A DNA stretch of 64,000 nucleotides from Eledone cirrhosa. Its lineage: Eukaryota. Location of the stretch: contig CAXHJY010001251.1 of assembly GCA_964016885.1 (NCBI GenBank), forward strand, positions 31,518 through 95,517, in the 5' to 3' direction. The position numbers and the translations under genes were made by a program. The notes under the pieces were generated by a model. That model saw nothing but the letters and a program-made list of their open reading frames with translations. It was not told the origin of the DNA and ran no database searches. Below are positions 44,930 through 59,767 of this stretch, piece by piece (within the stretch, counting starts at the first letter, position 1; every line of letters begins with the position of its first letter).

Positions 44930-45495
44930 CAACAGTGACAATGTCAGCAGTGATGACAGTAGCAGCAGCAATGTCAGCAGTGATGACAGTAGCAACAACA
45001 GCAGCAGCAGCAATGTCAGCAGTGATGACAGCAGCAGCAATATCAGCAGTGATGACAGTAGCAGCAGCAGCAACAATGTCAGCACTGATGACAGCAACAG
45101 CAGCAGCAATGTCAGCACTGATGACAGTAGCAGCAACAGTAGCAGTAAGGACAACAACAGCAATGTCAGCAATAACAACAGCAGCAGCAACAACAACAGT
45201 AGCAATAAGGACAGCAGCAACAAGAACAGAAATGTCAGCAATAACAACAGCAACAATGACAGTAGCAACAAGAACAGCAGCAGCAATGTCAGCAATAACA
45301 ACAGCAGCAACAACAATGACAACAGCATCAAGAACAACAATGTCTGCAATGACAACAGCAGCAGCAACGACAACAGCAACAATGACAGTAGCAACAAGAA
45401 CAACAGTAACAACAGCAACAATAACAATAACAACAGCAGCACCAATCTCAGCAATAACAACAACGACAGAGGCAACAACGATGGCAATAACATAA
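44930..45495. repeat. CAG/CAA/GAC triplet-based degenerate repeat with AATGTCAGCA anchors
   Basis: Directly visible. Confidence 0.9.
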
Positions 45496-46550
45496 GTGAA
45501 ATGAAGTGTCTTGCTCAAAAATGTGCTATCCAATCCAGGAATCAAATCCACTACCTTAAGATGTTCAATCTAACAACCTAACCACTTGGCCAGTCACATT
45601 CTCTATCACCCTCTCATATAAAACACAGTCTTAGTTTTACATTTGTTGGAAATGAAAGTAAATAAATGTTTCTATGTTTCAGACAGTCCTTCATCGGGAA
45701 AGAGCAAAATTCGGAGAACGAGGAGGTTGGAAAATAAAAACACAAAGCAACACCTGGACCAGGAATCAAACCCACAACTTTTTTGATTTTGAGTCCAAAG
45801 CCTTAACCACTAGGTTAACCAAGCACTTTCATAATGTGTGACACAATTGACCTTTTGAATTATAGATACAGTTCATTTTTTTTTTCCAGCTGAATGAACT
45901 GAAGCAACATGAAATAAAGTATCTTACTCAAGAACACACTCTACCAGCAACTAAATTCATGAGCTTAGGATTGTGAGCCAAAATCTTTAAATACTAAGCT
46001 ACATGCCTTCATTTATTTAATACATTGATCTGCTTGTTCTAAAAAAATACATTTGTACTTCTGTTTTCTCTAAAAAGTACACTTGTATTTCCGTTCAACC
46101 CAAGAAGTACAAATGAAAAACATTTTTGGAGTAAGAGATTGCAAAAACAAAAACAAACAAAAAAATGAACTGATCATCAGATCAGACAAAGGAAACAATG
46201 TTTCCTTTGGTCTCTCCATTATTGATATGATCTGCAGGGCACAACTTTTGGCAGAAGAAGCAACATGAAATAAAGTATTTTGCTCAAGAACACATGTTGC
46301 CTGGTGCAGGTATTGAATCTATGACATGATTGTGAGGCCAACACCCTAATCACTAGACCATGGAAAGATGGCATATACCAAAACCCAAGCTACTGTGAAC
46401 ATTTTAAAATAAAAACTACAAACCCAAAACTGAAAATGTAACATATTTGAAGTTCACACAAATATATGTCAATATTGTTTATAATAAAACAAAGGTTTTT
46501 CATTTTAATTAGACAGCAATATCGAATCAATAATTTCATTTTACAATCAT

Positions 46551-46740
46551 TTAACTCTTTAGCATTTACATTACTCTATATTTACTATTGTATTTTCACT
46601 GAAAAGGCTTTATCTCACATAATATCGAATCTATGAGATTTTGATTTTATTTATTTTGAGAACAATACCTTAATATCAGTATGAGCAGTCGGTTACAACC
46701 AGTTTGAACAGAAATAGGTGAGAGAATTCTGGCCTAATAT
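46551..46740. mobile_element. piggyBac-type MITE copy missing its right TIR
   Basis: TTAACTCTTTAGCATTTAC start; body matches 28466-28660. Confidence 0.8.
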
Positions 46741-49047
46741 TGTTTAAAATAAAACAAAAGTTCTTTCATTTTAACTAGACAGCAATATCTAATCAATAGT
46801 TTCATTTTACAATCATTTAAACCAATTACAATATTTTTCTTTCATATTTTCTTTAATAATTATTAAACATAAATTAATTTTAATCATTTCCTTTTACCAA
46901 TAAGATGACAGTCGATCGACAAATGGAGTGGCGCTCATCAAATTTGTGCAGGTGTGTGGCTGAGTGGTTAGACAATTGGATCACAATTGTGAGGTTGTGA
47001 GTTCAATTCCTGGACCAGGCGATGCATTATGTCCTTGAGCATGACACTTTATTTCACGTTGCTCATTCTGTCTGGATTTGTGACCGATAGATAGTATTAG
47101 CAATTGGAAAGATAATGGAAATATTGTTTACCAATAAATCATTCTAAATTTACATATAGAAAATTCCTGCAGGAGGTGAAGAGATAAGGTGATGCCACAT
47201 GTGTATTGTGATATTTCCTTCTAGTTTATGAAGAAATCACTCAGAATTTACATATACAGATCAATGAGAAACCATTCAATTTCATTTTATAATGTCATGG
47301 CTCCTAAACTGTGTTTTGGTGTGGCCGACTGCCATGACCTTCCTCATAGCGATGCCACCCTGTTCCACACTGTAAACATGGTTGTGGCCCTGAAATTGTG
47401 GTTCTGCTGTGAGAAGGGTGCAACGCGGCCACCTGGCCCGTCCCCCCTCATACATATGTCTTAACGAATCTCTCTGAGAACTGCATTAAAGTGTAGATGT
47501 GTCTAAGCTACTTACACACTAACTCAAAGGACAAGCCTTGTCACATTACATGTCTTAACGAATCTTCTTGAGAACTACATTAAGACATAGATGTGTCTGA
47601 GCCACTTACACATTAACTCAAAAGGCAAGCCTTGTCATATTACACACAGTATCATCATGAATCTCCCTGAGAACAACATTAAGAGGTAGATGTGTCTCAG
47701 GAATATTCAGACCCTTGCACATTAATTTCACGAACGGGCTGTTGTGTTGGTCATACAACAGGGACACTAATATTCAGAACTGACGGAGATCCAATGACAG
47801 GGGTAACAATTCTATACCATAATAAGCTAAAGATTTTCAGAGGCCACAACCAAGTGTGGCAGTTTATGAAGATAATTCAGGGAAAGCTTAAAAGAATATT
47901 TTTTACATTTGAATAAAAAAAAAATTAAAAAAAAGAATAAAAGAAAATCAGAGGCAAAAAGTGTATCTTTATAACAATTAAATTAATTTTTTAATTAAAT
48001 TTATACAATAGTTATTTTTATCCAAAACATAATTTTTGCTTTTTCAAAGTAGAAGATACAGAAAATGGTGGCTATGTGTTTTTTATTTTATATTTTATTT
48101 TATTTTATGTTTATTAATTAATTGCTTTATTCACAATGAACCTGCTTTGATCTTGGCACCTGACTATCACTTTATATAACCATGATGTGTGTGTGTGTAT
48201 GTGTGTGTGTGCGTCTGTGTGAGAGAGAGAGAGAGACAGTGTGTGAGAGCGAGAGAGAGCGTGAGAGCGAGAGAGCAAGTGTGCGAGAGAGTGAGAGTGT
48301 GTGTATGTGTGTGAGTGTATGAGTGTGCGTATGTGTATGCATGTGTGTGTGTTTTTAGGGCAATGATATGCTTTCCCATAAGGATACCAGCTGGTAATTA
48401 ATGGATTGTGATTAGGTGTGACTTTAATTGTTAAATCTGCAACTTCAGCTTTTAAATATTTTACAATGACGTTTGTGAGAGAAAAAAAAACTCGAGATAA
48501 AAACACGTTTAAAAAGTAGGGAGGAATGGAATGGGGGGATAAACTCTACCCCATTCCTTCTTCGCTGGACAGGTACATCTCAGGTGTGCCCTCCACTGAA
48601 CAACATAGCAAAAACTATTGGAAGAGAAATTATTAGCAGTAATGATAATTCTAATGAATACAGGCAAGGGAGAGAACTTCAACTTTTAAATTGATAGAGA
48701 ATGAGAGAGAGAAAACAAGGGAGGAAGGAAAGGAGAAACAGTGCAAGAGAAGAATAAAATGAGAAAACCAAAGGAGAGGGGGTGAGAGAGACAGACAGAC
48801 AGACAGACAGAGAAGTTATTTATAGTTGTTTTTAAAAAACCCACAGAAACAATGTGCTTTTGACAAGACCACCTACTATGATGAATATAAAAAACCCAGA
48901 GGACAGGCTATATATATAAATGATTTCATACATATAAAACAGTTCTAGTCCTGTCAATTCTATATATAAATACGCCTATACTCTACCAACGTATCGAGTA
49001 CTTTTTTAACTCTGGTTATCCCCCTCCCCCGACACCATCCAGGAAAC

Positions 49048-49087
<40 letters not shown>

Positions 49088-49090
<3 letters not shown>

Positions 49091-49282
49091 CGAAGGAAAT
49101 GTGGTAAGGAACCAGATGGACCATAACGCACCAAAGTACTCAATACTTAGGGTAGTAGAGTGGGTAATAGGAACAAGTATGACCCCGACGGCAGAGCTCA
49201 AGCCGTTTTGACGGCTAATTTTTTTTAGTCCAGAATTAGCCGTCGAAACGGCTTGAACTCTGCCGTCAGGGTCATACTTGTT

Positions 49283-49290
<8 letters not shown>
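49088..49290. mobile_element. Short TA-flanked element with internal foldback; inverted copy at 63878-63992
   Basis: AACGAAGGAAATGTGGTAAGGAACCAG.TGGACCATAACGCACCAAAGTACTCAATACTTAG is shared; ~54-bp inverted arms at 49167-49287. Confidence 0.75.
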
Positions 49291-49318
<28 letters not shown>

Positions 49319-49644
49319 AATAAATATATATATATATATATATACATGTTTTATCCCATAACTCCTGATGGAGTCATCAGGACACCATATTAGGATACAC
49401 CTTTTCTTGGGCATTTTTTAAGCCTGGCGAAGCCCAAGTCTTTCCAGGCCTATACATATATACACACATATGTATACACACATATTTACATATACACAAA
49501 TACATATACATATATACACATATTTACATATACACACATCACCATCATCATCGTTTAACGTCCATCTGCCACACTTGCATATATTTACATATACACAAAT
49601 AAATACACATATATATACACACACACAAACATATAAATAAATAC

Positions 49645-49703
<59 letters not shown>

Positions 49704-49893
49704 GAGGTTATATTTAATTTGTTGGAATTCAACAAGCTTAAACATTTTTTATAACTGATATGTCAATATTTATTTATAAAACAAATCTGCATTTTATCTG
49801 ATGAAAGCGCACCATAATTTGCCTTGGTTGCCCTTGAAATATGTATAATAAAATAAATATGGTTTTATAAATATAGTTTCCATTTATTAATAT

Positions 49894-49966
<73 letters not shown>

Positions 49967-50177
49967 ATAAACATGCTGCGGAGTTGCAAATGGGTTACAT
50001 ATGAATAAGGTGGTCCTTCATCAGTGATCTTCCAACCATCATCGGTATTTCTTCGCCTTAAAGACCATATACCTCCGGTTGGTACGAGCAACGGCTAAAG
50101 AAAGTCGTTGGGACACATAAATAAGGGGAACAGCGAGAGTGTAAACAAACAAAGATAGTGAAGCAACGAAAAGTGAG

Positions 50178-50211
<34 letters not shown>

Positions 50212-50470
50212 TCAGACAAATGTATAAATATCATCAATGACAACTACACCATTTGTTAACATAAATATATAAAAATATCAACTGAAGAAGTTGTCACATT
50301 CTTTCATTCTCCTCTTCTTTGTTTTGTTGATACTGGGTTGGGGGGTTTCTTTATTTCCTTCTTTCTTTCTTTCTCCCATGGGAAAATGCACACAAACACA
50401 CAGACATATATATATATACACACACGCACAGGGCATGCATACATACAAATATACACACACACACACACAT

Positions 50471-50501
<31 letters not shown>

Positions 50502-51912
50502 CACATGATCTTATGATGATATTTCGTGCTCATTGTTTAGTCAAATCATTTTTTGTATTAATCACATTTTGAAATTTCTATTCTCATTTTGAAATCTTTA
50601 ATCTCAGTTTTAAGTCATAAAATCTCATTTTGAAATCTATAGGTATATAGTTTGACCTACTGGTGATTGGAGCAATATATAGGTTTGTAGTTCGATCTAT
50701 TGGTGATTGGAGAAATCTATAGGTATATAGTTTGATCTATTGGTGCTTGGTGCAGATTCCTTATCAATATAGGTTTGTTGACCACTGGGGCACTTGAATT
50801 GCAGATTTGCCAACAACAAAAAGGAAAGGAAATTGATATGATGCAATTGATAACAGCAAAACATTAACCATCTATAGGGGATGGCTGGGTATGGCTTACT
50901 GGGGGTGGTTTACCAGGAGTAGTGGCTTACTTGGGGCAGTGCCTTACTGTATGTAGTGGCTTACTGGGGGTAGTGACTTACTGTGGAGTGGTTTACTGGG
51001 GGAAGTGGCTTACTGGTGGGTAATGGTTAACTGTGGAGTGGTTTATTGGAGGTAGTTTGCTTGGGGTGTATTACTGGAGAACGTTTACTGGGGATGGAAT
51101 ACACTAAACCACATTGAGGGTAAGTAGTGAGATGGAAAAAACAGTGAAATACTGTTTCTTTTGTTGGATATAAATCACTTGTTAAAGTAGAACAGAAATT
51201 AATAATTTTGGTTTTAGTAATTTCCTCAAAATCCTTCATTAATTAATTAAAACAGATTCTATTTCATTAGAAATACAGCCACAAAAGTGTTGAAAGGTTC
51301 TTTATTAAAATCTTCCAACTTAATTTTATATAAGAACCATATGTTAAGGTACTATCTTAATAGCAAAATAATTAATAATTTTAGTAAATCCCTCAAAATG
51401 CTTCATTAATTAATTGAAATAGCGTGTATTTCATTAGAGATAGCCCCCCCCCCCTGAAAAGAATTAAAGTAGAACAAAGATTATTAAAAAAACAAGCCAG
51501 AACCTAAATATTTTCTTTTGTTTATTCTATTCACTTGTTTATTTTGACTCCTTTTCCTTCTTGTTGTTCTTTTTCTCCTACTTCTCAACCTTCTTTTTCC
51601 TCTTCTTGTCTTCGCTAGACCTCAGTAATAACCCCCTCCCAATTCACTGACTAATATTATTATGAAGTAAGAAAATCGAACATTCTTAGTTGGATTATTA
51701 TTAGATAGGCAGTATCGGTAAAGGGTCAAACGTTATGCTTTATAGCATAGAGTTACAGCTCTTTACGGTTTGAGTCCAAATCTTGCCGAGGTTAACTTTG
51801 CTTTTCATCTTTAGGGGTTCAATAAAATAAAGCACCAGTAATGCACTGGGGTAATTGCTGGCCTTCTGCCAAAAGTAGAAACAATTATTAATATTACTAT
51901 TATTGTTGTTAT

Positions 51913-52418
51913 TCCTTGAATCTCAGTCATTGATGTTGGTTAACTGGAAAGTCCGTTGGAATGAATATCAAGCCACTACCTGCAGCCTCAGATATTCAGG
52001 ACGTATCGGAGGGTTCTTGCTGTTCCAAGCAAACATGCCTTTTGAAGCGTTCCAAAAAGCGTGAAGGGGCCGATTTTCTTTAACCATCCCTGGAAACTTT
52101 TGGAGATAGTCCCCAGTGCGCCTATGACAATCGGGATCACTTTGACTTCATGGCAGTTCCAAATCCTTTTCACCTCCCACTTTAGGTCCTGGTATCGGTT
52201 AATTTTCTCCCTCTCCTTCTCTTACACTCTCGTGTCGAAAGGGCAGGCCACATCCACAATCAGACACGATATTTTTTCTTTGTCCACAACCACCAGGTCA
52301 GGTCTATTGTGTTCCAGTTTTTTGTCCGTCTATATCCTAAAATCCCACAGCACCTTCACCTGATTGTTCTCCATCACCGCCTCTGGCCTATGCTCATACC
52401 ATTTCTCAGAATGTGGTA
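51913..52418 (-). mobile_element. R4/Dong-like (restriction-like endonuclease) LINE 3' fragment, disabled
   Basis: Minus strand EKWYEHRPEAVMENNQVKVLWDFRI*TDKKLEHNRPDLVVVDK...DVACPFD...EKINRYQDL...VIPIVIGALG...LQKACLLGTARTLR; TAA-type repeats on both sides. Confidence 0.88.
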
Positions 52419-52963
52419 AATTATTATTATCATTATTACTATTATAATTTTTACTATTGTTACCATTATTACTATCAACATTCTTTGTTGTCTTCTAATT
52501 ATTATTATTATTATCATCATCATTATTATTATTATTATTATCATCCTCAATGGTATTATTATGGCTGTGTCTAACAAGATTACACAAAACTAAACTAGGT
52601 TCTCTGATGTAAGAGGATATACAATTCAGCTGGAAGATCGATTCAGTCAAGCCATGCAAGCTTTAAATAAAACAAAACATTTTCTTTTTGATCTCCACCA
52701 CCCTCCCTTTAAATAATAATAATAGTAATATCATAATTATTCCATGCAAGGATAGATTTAAAAAATTTTTTGAATTCAGACATGGAATGATAAAAGAGAT
52801 TTGGAATTGTTTTGTAATTTTTTTCGTTTCTTTGTTGTTTTTTTAGACAATTACTTCCTTCGTTAATACCTACTGCTTAACGTTTAAATCAATTGATACT
52901 GTATTGTTGCCTAATTCGAGGTCAGTCCTGCAGCCCTAGAGCATTAGAACAAGGTCAGCTCTA

Positions 52964-54400
52964 CAGCACAAGGCCAGGACTACAGTACAATGTCAGACCA
53001 ACAGCACAAGGCCAGGACTACAGTACAATGTCAGACCAACAGCACAAGGCCAGGACTACAACACAAGGTCAGACCAACAGCACAAGGCCAGGACTACAGT
53101 ACAATGTCAGACCAACAGCACAAGGCCAGGACTACAGTACAATGTCAGACCAACAGCACAAGGCCAGGACTACAGTACAATGTCAGACCAACAGCACAAG
53201 GCCAGGACTACAGTACAATGTCAGACCAACAGCACAAGGCCAGGACTACAGTACAATGTCAGACCAACAGCACAAGGCCAGGGACTACAGTACAATGTCA
53301 GACCAACAGCACAAGGCCAGGACTACAGTACAATGTCAGACCAACAGCACAAGGCCAGGACTACAACACAAGGTCAGACCAACAGCACAAGGCCAGGACT
53401 ACAGTACAATGTCAGACCAACAGCACAAGGCCAGGACTACAGTACAATGTCAGACCAACAGCACAAGGCCAGGACTACAGTACAATGTCAGACCAACAGC
53501 ACAAGGCCAGGACTACAGTACAATGTCAGACAACAGCACAAGGCCAGGACTACAGTACAATGTCAGACCAACAGCACAAGCCAGGACTACAGTACAATGT
53601 CAGACCAACAGCACAAGGCCAGGACTACAGTACAATGTCAGACCAACAGCACAAGGCCAGGACTACAGTACAATGTCAGACCAACAGCACAAGGCCAGGA
53701 CTACAACACAAGGTCAGACCAACAGCACAAGGCCAGGACTACAGTACAATGTCAGACCAACAGCACAAGGCCAGGACTACAGTACAATGTCAGACCAACA
53801 GCACAAGGCCAGGACTACAACACAAGGTCAGACCAACAGCACAAGGCCAGGACTACAGTACAATGTCAGACCAACAGCACAAGCCAGGACTACAGTACAA
53901 TGTCAGACCAACAGCACAAGGCCAGGACTACAGTACAATGTCAGACCACAGCACAAGGCCAGGGACTACAGTACAATGTCAGACCAACAGCACAAGGCCA
54001 GGACTACAGTACAATGTCAGACCAACAGCACAAGGCCAGGACTACAGTACAATGTCAGACCAACAGCACAAAGGCCAGGACTACAGTACAATGTCAGACC
54101 AACAGCACAAGGCCAGGACTACAGTACAATGTCAGACCAACAGCACAAGGCCAGGACTACAGTACAATGTCAGACCTACAGCACAAGGCCAGGACTACAG
54201 TACAATGTCAGACCTACAGCACAAGGCCAGGACTACAGTACAATGTCAGACCAACAGCACAAGGCCAGGACTACAGTACAATGTCAGACCTACAGCACAA
54301 GGCCAGGACTACAGTACAATGTCAGACCAACAGCACAAGGCCAGGACTACAGTACAATGTCAGACCAACAGCACAAGGCCAGGACTACAACACAAGGTTC
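52964..54400. repeat. 38-bp minisatellite (~37 copies), a dimer of 19-mers
   Basis: ACAGCACAAGGCCAGGACT+ACAGTACAATGTCAGACCA. Confidence 0.96.
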
Positions 54401-55462
54401 AACTCTGCAACACATGTTTATCTCTGCAGCACAAGGTCAGTGCTGTAGCTCTGGAGCATTAGAACAAGGCCAGCTCAAATACAATGTCAGCACAATGTCA
54501 GACCTACAGCACAATGTCAGACCTACAGCACAAGGCCAGACCAACAGCACAAGGTCAGCTCTGCATCACATGCTTAGCTCTGCAGCCCTGCAGCACAAGG
54601 TCAGCTCTGTAGCACAAAGTTAACCCTGAAGCATTAGCTCATGGGCAGCCTAGGACCATAGTAGAAAACATTTGACTAAGATGCCATGCAATGGGATTAA
54701 ACCTGGAACCTAATCATTGCCAAAGCGAAACCCCCTAAACCATACCACTGAGTCATGTAGCATCCTCTGGACGGACAGACAGACAGAAGTCAACATGTTG
54801 ATGTTGCTGCTTCTTACTACAGCAATACACCAGCCATGATTACTTCTCACCCCACCAATCCAAAGCACCACTCTACCTCACCCACCCAGCCAATCTCCAA
54901 AGTTCTACAGTAAAAAATGTTAAAACATTTACTACTTCATTTTATTAAGCTATAAATATGGTGTTTTTTTAGATACAAAGGAAAAAAAACACCTAAACCC
55001 AACAAATCATCATCATCATCATTGTTTAACGTCCAATCTTCCGCGCTTGCATGGGTTTGGACGTGAGTTTTCCCACTTGAGGCAAGAGTGGTTGTCTTGC
55101 TCGTATAGGACTGTCTGGCGGGTTTTCTAAGTCACATATGATAATGTTATCAATGACTAAGATGGTGACAGCTGGTCTGGTCAATGACCCATTTGACCAC
55201 ACAATATGGTCAGGACACTATTATTCTCTATTGTAAGCATGTAAATATCAGAAGACTAGTACTAAATTATTTAGTTATAATAAGTAACATAATTATATTT
55301 ACTTAACACATTAAAAACATCACCAAAGTTAAATTTATCTTCCACTCTTATAGATATTGGCAGAACAGAAATTGTCATCATCATTGTCATCATCACTTGA
55401 TATCCATCTTTTCTAGGCTGGATGGTTGATTACAGAACCAAGTCAATACTTTAATGGGAGCT

Positions 55463-55468
55463 TATATG

Positions 55469-55499
<31 letters not shown>

Positions 55500-55518
55500 G
55501 TGTATATATATATATGTA

Positions 55519-55552
<34 letters not shown>

Positions 55553-55783
55553 CATATATATACATATATATACATATATATATGTATATATATATATGTA
55601 TGTATATATATATATATATACACATATATATATATACATATATATACATATATATACATATATATATGTATATATATATATGTATGTATATATATATATA
55701 TATACACATATATATATATACATATATATACATATATATACATATATATACATATATATATGTATATATATATATACATATAC

Positions 55784-55816
<33 letters not shown>

Positions 55817-56047
55817 CATATATATACATATATATATATACAAATACATATATATATATATACATATATATACATATATATATATACATATACATATATA
55901 TATATATACATATATATATACATATATATATATACACATATATATATACATATATATATATACACATATATATATACATATATATATATACATATATACA
56001 TATATATATATACATATATATATACATATATATACATATATATATAC

Positions 56048-56118
<71 letters not shown>

Positions 56119-56737
56119 CATATATATATACATATATATATATACATATATATATATACATATATATATATACATATATATAAATACATATATATATATA
56201 CATATACATATATATATATACATATATATATATACATATATATATATACATATATATATACATATATATATATATACATATATATACATATATATATATA
56301 CATATATATATCTACATATATATATCTACATATATATATATACATATATATATATATACATATATATATATACATATATATATATATATCTACATATATA
56401 TATACATATATATATATATACATATATATATATACATATATATATATATATCTACATATATATATACATATATATATACATATATATATATACATACATA
56501 TATATACATATATATATACATACATATATATACATATATATATACATACATATATATACATATATATATACATATATATACACATATATATATATATACA
56601 TATATATACATATACATATATATATATATACACATATATACACATATATATATATATACATATATATATACATATATATATACATATATATACACATATA
56701 TATATATATACATATACATATATATACACATATATAT
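55463..56737. repeat. ~1.3 kb TA/CA array (TG variants only in the first ~300 bp)
   Basis: Directly visible. Confidence 0.97.
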
Positions 56738-57071
56738 CATCATCATCATCATCATCAGGTTTAGCGTCCGTGTTCCACGCTTGCATGGGTTTGGACGGGG
56801 GTTTTCCCACTTGAGGCAAGAGTGGTTGTCTTGCTCGCATAGGACTGTCTGGCGGGTTTTCTACAGTTGGATGCCCTTCCTAACACCAACCACATTTACA
56901 GTGTGGGGCTGGGAGGTTTTTACCGTGTTGCCTACACGGCCACATTACAGCGTGGACTGTCTGGCGGGTTTTCTACAGCTGGATGCCCTTCCTAACACCA
57001 ACCACATTTACAGTGTGGGGCTGGGAGGTTTTTACCGTGTTGCCTACACGGCCACATTTACAGCGTGGACT
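56736..57071 (-). mobile_element. RTE family A 3'UTR fragment (duplicated-UTR subfamily)
   Basis: Near-identical to the reverse complement of 14705-15036; another shorter copy at 55007-55128. Confidence 0.93.
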
Positions 57072-58101
57072 ATATATATATAACACATTTAGTTATTTTT
57101 CTGGTTGTTTGCGAGTGTAATTTACCTGCACCATAGAGATGAGTTTTTACTAGTTAAGTATTAAACACATACATATAATATTCTTTATTATGGCTAAGTA
57201 ACAAGACTCATCACCTAGCCATGATAAAGAAAATTCTACTTTCGTATTAAGTACTCATTCATGCATTTGTCAACATCACACGTATTATCTGTGTGTATAT
57301 ATATATATACTTTGATCTTAGCCAAAAAGCGAAGAAACCATGCCAAATATGGAATGTGTGAGCAAGAGGAGGTCTCTTTAACCCACCTGGTCTCAAACAG
57401 CAACAACCCGTCTAGCACATGCTAGCATGAAAAGTGGACATAAAATACTGGTGATCATATTTTTATCATCATTATCACTATTTAATGTCTCTTCTTCCAT
57501 GCCGGCATATGTTGGATAGGTTTTCACAGACCAAATCGGTATTTAATCAGGGCTACTGTCCTCCCAGATGCACCAGGGGACCATGTCCTGTATACATAAA
57601 CATCAGTTATGGCATGGTTTCTACAGCTGGGTGCCCTTCATACCAGACATATATGATCCTTGCCAGCATAAAAAAAACAGGATGTTAAATGATCATAACG
57701 ACACACAAACAATACAAAAAGAAATACTCTCCCTGAGTGTTCCAGTTGTACAGTCAACAGAATGGTGTGCAAGTTATTCCAGACACGTGTACTCCTCATG
57801 TAATTCTCAGGGAAACTCAGCACGACAGTATGTTTGACAAGACTGCCCTTTCCAAATTACAGGCATAGTCCATCTGATGGGCTTCTAAACAGTTTCAATC
57901 TACCCAAATGCATTCACAAGGCTTGGGTTGGACTAAAGTTCTGGTAAAAGACATTTGCCCTAGATGGCATGCAGTGGGACTGAACCTAGTGTCAAAGCCA
58001 TATTTCCAAATCAGAAAGAAAAGTATTATTATTAATAGTAATAATAATAATATTAATTCATGTTACAGAAAATATACTTCCCTTTGTATAAAAAGAACAT
58101 C

Positions 58102-58312
58102 TTAACCCTTTAGTAACCTTATTTCTAATGAAATACATTCACTCCATTTCAATTAATTAATGAAGACTTGAAGAATTTACTAAAATTATTAATTATTTTA
58201 TTACTAAGCTAGTAACTTAACATATGATTCTTATATAAATTAGATGATTGTAATTTAAATAGGAATCCATTGAATTGGGTGGTCTTGGCCAGGCTGGTAT
58301 CAAAAGGGTTAA
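58102..58312. mobile_element. Second piggyBac-type MITE family; decayed relatives at ~16630-17000, 27820-28380, 33420-33780, 40110-40655, 51180-51470, 58310-58665
   Basis: TTAA|CCCTTT ... ATCAAAAGGG|TTAA; shared TATGTTCCAAACACCAGCTTAA-type body. Confidence 0.7.
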
Positions 58313-58685
58313 TTCATTCACTACCATATTTCTAAAAGAAATTGTCTATGATTTTCAAATAATTCTAAAAATAATCAAGAATTTTGAGGGATTTAATAAT
58401 ATAACTAACTTTCTCATTATTAAGCTGCTGTTTAGTTGTCTTACCTAGAATTATAATGGAAGGTTTTTAGATGAATATAGATAAAAATAAAGTTTGGTAG
58501 TGTAGAACTCAAGATAGTTTCAGGTAATTTGTTATCAAAAGGGTTAACATGTGGTTCTTATATAAAATTACGTTGCAATATTATAATTTTAAAATTCTTT
58601 AAAATAGGTGCTTTTGTTTCATACAACCAGAACCAGTTTTGGCCAGGTTGGTATCAAAAGAGTTAAAACACAAGTGGAGACTTAC

Positions 58686-58780
58686 ATAAAGAACTGAGAA
58701 CCATTTGTATCTTTTCCACGATTAGCCATAGAAAGAAGGTGCTTTTGGTCATGTTTCAGGATAAAATTCTCATCAGCAAA
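58686..58780 (-). CDS. PPIG: Exon (or exon fragment) of an SR-cyclophilin peptidyl-prolyl isomerase, PPIG/NKTR family
   Basis: [31 protein letters not shown](I) followed by an AT|GTAAGT donor; the [15 protein letters not shown] variant is typical of PPIG/NKTR; no AG acceptor, so functionality is uncertain. Confidence 0.88.
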
Positions 58781-59352
<572 letters not shown>

Positions 59353-59353
<1 letters not shown>

Positions 59354-59767
59354 ATCATCATCATCATCATCGTTAAACGTCCATGTTCCACGCTTGCATG
59401 GGTTTGGACGGGATTTTCCCACTTGAGGCAAGAGTGGTTGTCTTGCTCGCATAGGACTGTCTGGCGGGTTTTCTACAGCTGGATGCCCTTCCTAACACCA
59501 ACCACATTTACAGTGTGGGGCTGGGAGGTTTTACCGTGTTACCTACACGGCCACATTACAGCGTGGACTGTGTGTTTTTTTGTCGTGACACCTACACGAC
59601 CTCATTTGTTTCGGGCTGGATGTTGTGGTACCAACATAATTTACATTGAAAGGGGTGGTGTGAATGGGGTGGGGGTAGTGGGACGGGGGTGTATTTTGTT
59701 AGAGGTGCCTACTGACTGTAGTAGGTTTCACTTTGTACTTAGGTAAGGCGGGTCTTCTCTATTACTG

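Noticed and set aside
44853-45581. Ser/Asn/Asp-rich 242-aa ORF resembling a biomineral phosphoprotein
   Set aside because: Triplet repeat open in several frames on both strands, runs into an antisense SINE, no signal peptide or splice support
50005-50075. CTGATGAAGGACC on the minus strand as a hammerhead (relative at 36130-36200)
   Set aside because: No GAAA box correctly placed relative to a helix II
52893-54623. 576, 490 and 422 aa Q/T-rich ORFs
   Set aside because: 38-bp minisatellite with frame-shifting indels; open frames follow from the unit sequence
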